Of a stretch of 64,000 nucleotides of DNA, positions 55,067 through 64,000 are shown in pieces. The translations under genes were made by a program, and so were the position numbers. The notes below the pieces were generated by a model. It was not told the DNA's origin. It made no database searches and worked only from the letters and a program-made list of their open reading frames with translations. Where the stretch lies: assembly GCF_001194135.2 (NCBI RefSeq), contig NC_069000.1:44627175-44691174 (forward strand), read 5' to 3'. Numbering within the stretch: the stretch's first letter is position 1; the number at the start of each line of letters is the position of its first letter. The DNA comes from Octopus bimaculoides (lineage: Eukaryota).

Positions 55067-55795
55067 CTGTAAATAATGATTAATTATATTTGTGTCAGTA
55101 AAGAAATTTTAAAAGTAAGATATCAAAAATTATTCTCCTTAATTTTTCACGTCTGTCTTGTTTTTTTTTTCTTTTGTTTGTTTTTCTTGTTTTACCATTT
55201 TCTCGTAGGTTAAATGACTATATTATTAAGGCTTTGTTTTACAGCCAGATGCCTTTCCTGTAGCTAACCCATACAGAAGGAAAGCTGCTAAGCATTTTGT
55301 ATGAGGCATTAATGATTCTACCAGCTCACTACCTCAATCATGGGTACAATGCCCTAACAGCTAGGTTTCATGGCTTAGTGGGTAGGGTATTGCACCCATG
55401 ATCAGAAGACCATGGTTTCAAATCCAAGATTGGCTGCATGAAAAACACTTCATTTCACATTACTCCAGTCCACTCAGCTGAAAAGGGTAACCTTGTGAGA
55501 TTAGCTTACAAGGGTGAGACACTGACTCAGGAAAATCACTTGAACAGAGGTCACGTGGGCCACATTTTGTATCCAGCAATCAGTAACTTGAACAGTACAA
55601 CTCATACAGTGACTCGTGACTTGTTGTGATTGGTTATCCAACCACTTCAAAGGATTGTCATCATATTTTATTGATCCAAATGGCTGAAAGACAAAGTTCA
55701 CCTCAGCAGTATTTGAACCCAGGACATGAAGAGTGAGAAGAAATATTGCAAAGCATTTTGTTCAAAGTACAAGGATTAAAGAATTCGGCACTCAC

Positions 55796-55981
55796 CTCTT
55801 TGCTGACATCTTTGTCCATACCATCCTGTTGCACAACCTCTTATACAATAACCCGTTTGTTTGTCACATGGTTCTCTGTTTTCACATTGACCACACTTTT
55901 TAATTCCTTTGCGGAAGATATAATAGCCAAGTGGACATGTCCTTACATGATAACGAGGCTCAGGTTTTACAACTTTAGTTA
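55796..55981 (-). CDS. EGF-like module exon F (186 nt, phase 1-1)
   Basis: tttacag| TKVVKPEPRYHVRTCPLGYYIFRKGIKKCGQCENREPCDKQTGYCIRGCATGWYGQRCQQR G|GTGAGT; 7 Cys. Confidence 0.85.
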
Positions 55982-56025
55982 CTGTAAATAATAATTATAT
56001 TTGTGTCAGGAAATAAATTTTAGAA

Positions 56026-56063
<38 letters not shown>

Positions 56064-56089
56064 TTAAATTTAAATTGACATGAGAGAAG

Positions 56090-56300
56090 AACAAGCCTCA
56101 AAAACTGCTCTGCTGGGGACAGCTAGGATTTTGAGATTGGTAACTTGGATATTGAATGTCTCCCACGATAATTAAGAACCAAGTATCAAAGCTTATGATG
56201 TGAGGAAAGAGACCCTGTGAGACCTCTGACAGCAGGTTGCTGTCCGCTCTCACTGAATCTACCAGAACAAACAAGATTGAGCACTCTGAGCAGTAAAACA
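56090..56300 (+). mobile_element. Short R4/Dong-like LINE 3' remnant
   Basis: ...KTALLGTARILRL... lies just after an (AAT)n tract. Confidence 0.55.
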
Positions 56301-56349
56301 ATAATAATGATAATTGTAACAATATTATCATACCAGCATGAAAAACAGA

Positions 56350-56660
56350 TGCTAAATGATTGATCATCATCATCATCATCATCGTTGTTTAACGTCTGCT
56401 TTCTATGCTGGCATGGGTTGGACGGTTTGACTGAGGGCTGGCAAGCCAGGAGGCTGCACCAAGCTCCAATCTGATCTGGCAAAGTTTCTACAGCTGGATG
56501 CCCTTCCTAACGCCAACCACTCCGAGAGTGTAGTGGGTGCTTTTTACGTGCCACTGGCACAAGGACAAGTCAGGCGGTACTGGCATCAACCACACTTGAA
56601 TGGTGTTTTTTATGTCCCACTGGCATGGGAGCCAGTCAAGTAGCACTGGCAACGACGATG
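56350..56660. repeat. (CAT)n-tailed interspersed repeat family (representative copy)
   Basis: (cat)n-cgtt.aacgtc.gctttc.atgctggcatgggttggacgg...ggatgcccttcctaacgccaaccac...gtgctttttacgtgccac; more than 15 copies in both orientations (e.g. 16.8-17.0, 18.4-18.6, 26.2-26.5, 27.3-27.8, 31.5-31.8, 45.4, 54.0, 60.8-63.1 kb). Confidence 0.7.
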
Positions 56661-57128
56661 ATGAATAATGATAATAATAATAATAATAATTTCTTTATTC
56701 ATTCATAATAATAATGTAAATCCTTTCTACCACTGGGACAAAGCATGAAATTTTGTGGGAAGAGTCTAGTTGATTACACCAACCCCAGTATGCAACTGGT
56801 ACTTATTTCATCAACCTTGAAAGAACAGGCAAAGCTGACCCTAGCAGAATTTGAACTCAGGACACAAAGACAGATGAAATACTATTGCGAACTGTGTCCA
56901 GCATGCTGACAATTCTGCCAGTGTGTTACTTTCAATGTTTCTTTTGCATAAAAACCAAACATTAACTAAAACCTAGCATATGACTGGTATATAATAATTT
57001 GCACTGTGAAAGTAAATGGCTTTAGAGAATAAACTAAAAAGATATGGACAACAAAGAAAATACTGCATCATTGCTGCTCATTCTCTGCCCTTAAGAACAC
57101 GAATAGTGCTAATGATTTTCGCATTTAC

Positions 57129-57302
57129 CTCTTTGGTGACACTTTCGTCCATACCATCCAGGTTCACAACCTCTTGGACAATAACCAGTCTGTCTGTCAC
57201 ATGGTTCTTTATTTCTACATTGGCCACATGTTCTACAGCCTTTGTGGTAGACATATTCCCCAAGTGGACATGTTGTTACAGGATAACGAGTCTCAGATTT
57301 TA
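57129..57302 (-). CDS. EGF-like module exon E (174 nt, phase 1-1)
   Basis: ttacatag| KSETRYPVTTCPLGEYVYHKGCRTCGQCRNKEPCDRQTGYCPRGCEPGWYGRKCHQR G|GTAAAT; 8 Cys. Confidence 0.8.
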
Positions 57303-58427
57303 CTATGTAAATAAATAAATAATTAAATGAATGAATTCATTAATAAGTAATTATATTTGTGTCAGAGAAGAAACTTGTAGAAATTAAATGCCAAACATGA
57401 TGACAGTGAAATATTTGAGATAAATTAAGGTTTTTCACTTTCAAACATTGATAAAAATCTTTTTATGGATGTTATAATGTATAAATTCACTCTAGTGTAT
57501 AACTGGTACTTATTTTTTTCCATGGTGGGTATATTAAAGACAAAATCGACCTCTCTAAGTTATAAACACAGAATATAAGATGAAAGGAACATAACTATGG
57601 AAGCTGTTTAGTGAGTCCCTTGGTGGTTTTATGTAAAAGTTAACTCTGGTAGGGCTTGACCCTAGAGCATTTATCAGCATAAATAAAATTTTTATCTATT
57701 TTTCTATCATTGCTGTCAAACTCTATACTAATAATGATTCTATGCTGTGGCATCAGAATGAAAACATTGAGAGGGAGAGAAAGAGGAAGAGGGAGGAGAA
57801 AAGAGGGAAAGAGGAGAAGAGAGAGCAAAGAGGAAGAGGGAAGAGAAAAGAGGGAGAGAGGGAGAAGGAAAGACTTTGTTGCATGAAAAAATCTCAGGAC
57901 TTGACTAATTATTTTATGTCCTGCAATGATGAAGTATGTGTGTTTAAGCAGGATTTGAACTCGGATTGTAAAATGACATAAACCTCAATAACAATCTCCT
58001 TTCAGAACAATGTGTGTTGCTATCACAATTGATTCAGTGCTGTAGGAGGACTTTCAGTCACTGGTGTTTCATCATCATTCTGTCCCCTCAGTAAAATCTA
58101 CCTTCAGAACTCTGAATCTAAACAAAATTGGTTGTTCTTGTTTACAGAATTCAGCAAACAAATGATTTATTGATGAGCACTGATGTCTGCCAAATCATTA
58201 ATAAATCCTCTTCAACATGTAAGACAGACAAGAAGAAAAACAGTGATGTACATATTTCCATTCATAATATTCTATAATAGCCAAATATTTTATTATGATC
58301 AATGAGAGCTTCAAACATCATTTAAATGTCAACTCCCTGCTCTTAAGATACTCAATCTGGGAATTTACCATTATATTTTCCCACTGCTCCTAGCAACAAT
58401 TACAGAACTAAAGAACTGTACACTCAC

Positions 58428-58613
58428 CTCTTTGCTGACATCTTTGTCCATACCATCCTGTTGCACAACCTCTTATACAATAACCAGTTTGTTTGACACA
58501 TGGTTCTCTGTTTTTGCATTGACCACACTTTTTAATTCCTTTGCGGAAGATATAATAGCCAAGTGGACATGTCCTTACATGATAACGAGGCTCAGGTTTT
58601 ACAACTTTAGTTA
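58428..58613 (-). CDS. EGF-like module exon D (186 nt, phase 1-1)
   Basis: tttacag| TKVVKPEPRYHVRTCPLGYYIFRKGIKKCGQCKNREPC...CIRGCATGWYGQRCQQR G|GTGAGT; 7 Cys. Confidence 0.85.
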
Positions 58614-58689
58614 CTGTAAATAATAATTATATTTGTGTCAGAAAAAGTATTCTAGAATAATGCATGCTATTATTATTATTATTATTATT

Positions 58690-59500
58690 ATTATTTTATG
58701 TTTGACTTTTGTTTTGCATTTGTACAAGTTGGATCCAAGTCTCACCCAGAGACCTCAAGAGACAACAAGTTAGAAGTTCATGTAGGTGTTATGCCTAGGG
58801 TACCATATATTTGGATTTGTACAGTTTTGTTCAAGTGAATGTTTAAGAAACCATAAGAAAATTATGTGTTTGCTTTAAAATTTGAGATCACGTAGACAGT
58901 ATTTTACGTAGGATATGGGCAGTTCCCATGAGCACTATCTTTTGAACTTCAGCCATTTTGGGGTTTCCTGGTATCTGAGCTAGGTAGTAATCAGCCCGTT
59001 TCACTGTCATTCCCAGGGCACCTATGACAATAGGTATTGTTTNNNNNNNNNNNNNNNNNNNNNNNNNNNNNNNNNNNNNNNNNNNNNNNNNNNNNNNNNN
59101 NNNNNNNNNNNNNNNNNNNNNNNNNNNNNNNNNNNNNNNNNNNNNNNNNNNNNNNNNNNNNNNNNNNNNNNNNNNNNNNNNNNNNNNNNNNNNNNNNNNN
59201 NNNNNNNNNNNNNNNNNNNNNNNNNNNNNNNNNNNNNNNNNNNNNNNNNNNNCCAGTGAATATATTGTGCAGCTCTATCATGCCTGTTGAGATACTCTGT
59301 AGGCGCAAGCAGACTGCACATGGAGACAACATGATCGATGGTCTCATTTTGTTGTTGGCATATACGACATAATGGGGAGCTGCTGTTCTTTAATATGTTG
59401 GCCTGGTAGTTCTTTGTAGGTAGGCATTGATCTTGGGCTGCTATGATAAACCCCTCTGTTTCTGATTTCAAGCCAGAGGCCATTAACCATTGGTGGTTAA
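58690..59500 (-). mobile_element. R4/Dong-like (RLE) non-LTR retrotransposon 3' fragment spanning an N gap
   Basis: ETEGFIIAAQDQCLPTKNY...CRICQQQNETIDHVVSMC...RHDRAAQYIHW (CCHC finger), then QKIVLMGTAHILRKIL near 58890-58960; flanked on both sides by (TAA)n. Confidence 0.8.
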
Positions 59501-59511
59501 GGGCTTTGTCA

Positions 59512-59574
<63 letters not shown>

Positions 59575-60516
59575 CTTTCAATTTTGCTTTCATTTCTTAC
59601 CTAGTGTCTTCCCAACACCTAGGGCAAAGAAACTCATTGTATACACTGGTAGGCCATCAAGATAAACATACCAGATTGTTCGTTTACAAAGTCATGTGAT
59701 AGAAAAACTAGGGGAAGAAAGACAGAGAAAAAGGAAAGACGGAAAAAAGAAAAACTGGTACTTTATTTCATCAATCCTGAAAGGATGAAAGGCAAAGTTG
59801 ACTTCAGTGGAATTTGAACTCAGAACGTAAAGACAGACAATATGCTGCTAAAACTTTCTGGTTTTGGCACAAGGCAAACAATTTTGAGGGAATGGGTATA
59901 TTGATTACAGCAACCTCAATGGTCAACTGATACTTTATTTTATTGACCTCGAAAAAATGAAAGGCAAAATTAACCTTGGCAGGATTTGAACTCAGAACAT
60001 GAAGAGCCAGAAGAAATATTGCTGAGCATTTTGTTTGAGGCTTTAATGATTCTGCCAAATCACTGCCTTATATTTGCATAAAGTCACATACATTCATAAA
60101 ACATGAAGAAATAGTAGTTTGTAATGACCCACACTATATAACTGGTACGTAATTAATAGAATCTCAGTTCCTTAACAAAGACATAAACTGTTGGGGTTCT
60201 AGTGCAACCAGTCACTGAATGATGACGGGGATATCATGAGAGGGACCTGTCTCTCATGTCAGTTTGTAGCATCTATTTTTCCAGCATCTGTTACTGAAGA
60301 GGAGACAACCACTCTGAAATGCATGCATTCAACAGTCCGAGTAGCAGGCATTGTGGACTGACTCAGAGTATTTACGTCTATTTGTCAACAGCAAGAAATT
60401 TTCTCCATCACAAAATACAGTGAATAGCTTTTTAACGGACTTGAATATGCCTTGTGTATCCTTCTCTCCCTGTTCTTAATACCAACGATTATAGAACTGG
60501 ATACATTTGTTCTCAC

Positions 60517-60687
60517 CTCTTTGCTGACATTTTCGTCCATACCATCCTGGTTCGCAACCCCAGATACATTCGCCAGTCAACGTATCACACGGATCTCTGC
60601 TTTTACACTGACCACAACTTCTACATCCTGAGTCAGAGGCATATTTCCCAGGTGGACAACTTATACTAGATTCTAGTACTTCATTTA
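60517..60687 (-). CDS. EGF-like module exon C (171 nt, phase 1-1)
   Basis: tttacag| NEVLESSISCPPGKYASDSGCRSCGQCKSRDPCDTLTGECIWGCEPGWYGRKCQQR G|GTGAGA; near-copy of exon B, 18 nt shorter and still in frame. Confidence 0.85.
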
Positions 60688-61732
60688 CTGTAAATAATTA
60701 ATTAACTAATAGATTAATTCATTAATAATTTGTGTCAGGAAACAAAATCTGCAAATTAAATATCAAAACTGGCACCACATAAAAAACAGCCATGCTGGTG
60801 CCATATCAAAAGTATCTGTGATACTCTCACTGGTGCCAACATAAAAAGCAGCCAGTACAGTCTGTAAAGTGGTTGGCATTATGAAGGGCATCCAGCTGCA
60901 GAAACCATGTCTAAACAGACAATTGGAACCTGGTGCCGCTCTCCAGCTGGCTAGCTCTGGTCAAACTCTCCTACACATGCCAGCACGGAAACTGGATGTT
61001 AAAGGATGAGGATGACTGGAGCTGAATTTTTCAACTAACTAGACATTTCTACTTGTTCTTTAGTCATTACATGTGTCCTCTAAACCCTTTCACATCTTTA
61101 ACCATCCCTCAATCACTCTCCCTAAACATTCTTGTAACCTCTTCCTCCAGTTCCTCTGTTCCCAATAGCTTGTAGTTCCCTTTTTTTTACCTTGAGGATT
61201 CACCCTGATTCCCATTTTATCTCTCTTTCCAGCCCCACCTCAGTTACTTCCGCCAACTCTTATATAATGTGAGTAGCAATGTATTTCCCCTACAGTTGGA
61301 AACTTGTTTTGACCCCTTCTTTCATACTTTAACCTCTCATCCCTTAACACGAAGCTACCTATCTTTCTACTGTAGCATCACTGAATCAAAAAGGAGCCTT
61401 GATCTTGAGAGGTGCATGGTGACCTCACTAGTGCGGGTGCAACATAAAAACAAAAAAACAAACCACCCAGAATACTCAGTTAAGTGGTTGGCATAAGGAA
61501 GAGCACCCAGCCATAGAAACCATGCCAAAGCCAACGCTAGAGTACAATGCAATTCTTGGATCTGTTTCATCTTGCCAGACCATCCGACCCATGCCAGCAT
61601 GGAAAAAGGATGTTAAATGATGATGATGATGGACAATTTGCTTCTTTCAGTTTCCAGCTACCAAATCCATTCGCAAGGCCTTTGATAAAAGACCTTTTCT
61701 CAAGGTGCTGTGTCGTGGGACTGAACCTGAAA

Positions 61733-63248
61733 CCTTACGTTTGGGAAGTAAACTTCTTAACCATGCATCTGTGCTAGAGACAGTTATAGCAAATTTAATT
61801 GGTAGGAGAACTAATTTGTGTAACAGTTTAACTGTTTGCTTGGATGTCAGATTCATGATGTTCTGTTCTTAGTAGACCATCATCATCATCATCATCATCA
61901 TCACTTAACATCCATTGTCCATGCTGGCATGGGTTGGATGGTTTGACCAGGGCTGGTAAGCTGGAGGGCTGCACCAAACTCCAGTCTGATTTGGCATGGT
62001 TTTCTTTGGCTGGATGTCCTTCTAAACACCAACCACTCTTAGAGTGTAATGGGTGCTTTTACGTGCCACCAGCACAGGTGCCATTTGCATGACACCAGTA
62101 TCTGCCATGACTGAACTTGCTCGGCTTGTGGGTCTTCTTCTCAAGCACGACATTATGCCAAAGGTCTCCGTCATTGCCTCTGTGAGGCCCAACACTCAAA
62201 AGGAACTCAACCACTTGGCCTCCATGAAGCTCAACACTCGAAAGGTGCTTTTTACGTGCCACCAGCATCGGTGCCATTTACATGACTCCAACATTATCCA
62301 CAACTATTTCTAATTAATTAAGCAAAGCAGCCAATGAGGAACTTTTCCATTGTATCCTTCACCTCTGCATTTAACACCATTAATAACAGAACAAGAGATG
62401 TTTGTCCTCACCTTTTTGCTGACACTTTCGTCCATACCATCCTGGTTCGCAACCCCAGATACATTCGCCAGTCAACGTATCACACGGGTCTCTGCTTTTA
62501 CACAGACCACAACTTCTACATCCTGAATCAGAGGCATATTTCCCAGGTGGACAACTTATACGAGGGCGAATCTCAGGAGCAGGTTCTAATACTTCATTTA
62601 CTGTAAATAAATAAATAGATAAGGGAATTAATTAATTAACCGATTAACTAATTAATTATTATATTTGTGTTAGGAAACAAAATTACAGAAACAAAATGAC
62701 AAATGCGGCTGTGTGTTAAGAAGCACATAGTTCCAGGCACAGTCCCACTGTGTGACACCATGGAAGCAAAGTGGCCGAGTTCCTTTTGAGTGTTGGGCCT
62801 CACAGAGGCAATGATGGAGACCTTTGGCATAATGTCATGCTTGAGAAGAAGACCCACAAGCCAAGCAAGTTCAGTCATGGCAGATACTGGTGTCATGCAA
62901 ATGGCACCTGTGCCGGTGGCACGTAAAAGCACCCATTATACTCTCAGAGTGACTGGTGTTGGGAAGGGCATCCAGCTGTAGAAACCATGCCAAATCAGAC
63001 TGGAGTTTGGTGCAGCCCTCCAGCTTACCAGCCCTGGTCAAACCATCCAACCCATGCCAGCATGGACAATGGCTGTTAAATGATGATGATGAGGATGATG
63101 ATGGTCTACTAAGAATAGAACATCATGAATCTGACATCCAAGCAAACAGTTAAACTGTTACACAAATTAGTTCTCCTACCAATTAAATTTGCTATAACTG
63201 TCTCTAGCACAGATGCATGGTTAAGAAGTTTACTTCCCAAACGTAAGG
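61733..63248. repeat. ~490-bp inverted duplication flanking EGF exon B (arms 61733-~62226 and ~62760-63248)
   Basis: The left arm ccttacgtttgggaagtaaacttcttaacc...gtagaccatcatcatc...caaaaggaactc is the reverse complement of the right arm, including ~150 bp that does not belong to the (CAT)n repeat family. Confidence 0.9.
62412..62600 (-). CDS. EGF-like module exon B (189 nt, phase 1-1)
   Basis: tttacag| NEVLEPAPEIRPRISCPPGKYASDSGCRSCGLCKSRDPCDTLTGECIWGCEPGWYGRKCQQK G|GTGAGG; 8 Cys. Confidence 0.85.
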
Positions 63249-63826
63249 ATATTAGCTGTTAGGGCTAGAAGGCTTAATGATGATGTTGAAAGTTCCTAGG
63301 TGGATGCAGTGAGGGTTTGGCCCCAAGATCTGCTGCATGAATATTCTTGTGAATGCCTGAAGTACAAAGGAGATGCTTTAGAAACTAGCAAACCCCAGAA
63401 ACTGTCACTCCATCGGTTGCAATGACCTGTGCTCCACTTGATCCAATCAACAGAACAACCAGCTCATGAAATTAACGTACAAGTGGCTGAGAACTCCACA
63501 GACATATGTATCCTTAATGTAGTTCTTAGGGAGATTGGGTGTGACACAGAGTGTGACAAGGCTGGCCCTTTGAGTGACAGGTATTACTTGTTATTGCCAG
63601 CTGAGTCGAGTGGAGCAATGTGAAATAAAGTGCCAACATAAAAAGTGCCAACATAAAAAGCAATGTGCTGGTGGGAATCGAATTTGTGTTTGAATGTGTC
63701 ATTATTCATGTCAGCATTCTATCAATTAATGAGTGGGATGACCAATCAGAGACTTGCCATTTTATTTAGTACTTCTCTGCTCTTAGCAACAACAATGATA
63801 AGAAAACCAGTGATCTCTATACTCAC

Positions 63827-64000
63827 CTCTTTGCTCACATCTTTGTCCATACCATCCTGTTGCACAACCTCTTATACAATAACCCGTTTGTTTGTCACAT
63901 GGTTCTCTGTTTTTACATTGACCACACTTTTTAATTCCTTTGCGGAAGATATAATAGCCAAGTGGACATGTCCTTACATGATAACGAGGCTCAGGTTTTG
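63827..64000 (-). CDS. EGF-like module exon A (5' end outside the window)
   Basis: Encodes ...KPEPRYHVRTCPLGYYIFRKGIKKCGQCKNREPCDKQTGYCIRGCATGWYGQRCEQR; donor G|GTGAGT; nearly identical to the exons at 58428 and 55796. Confidence 0.8.

Overview
AT-rich, microsatellite- and SINE-dense animal genomic DNA with several N gaps. The repeat content suggests a cephalopod, probably Octopus; this is an inference. Three protein-coding loci, all on the minus strand, can be supported. (1) Three long ORFs at 21.9-23.8, 13.2-14.1 and 10.3-11.8 kb join through canonical phase-1 splice sites into one ~1441-aa protein. It has an N-terminal ubiquitin-like domain, three paralogous blocks of 23-aa STPR-type repeats and a C-terminal CxxC-x36-CxxC zinc finger. 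(2) A YIPF5 (Yip1) gene with an intron-free CDS at 30.1-30.9 kb. (3) A gene largely missed by the ORF track, from 44.5 kb to beyond 64 kb. It has 13 phase-1 exons that each encode one EGF-like module, plus a 48-nt linker exon. Two of its exons carry long Gly/His/Arg/Tyr repeats, so it is a candidate extracellular structural or adhesive protein. One of its exons lies in the loop of a ~490-bp inverted duplication. The rest is tRNA-derived SINEs, remnants of R4/Dong-like LINEs in (TAA)n tracts, Tc1/mariner, pogo and piggyBac-type relics, and simple repeats.
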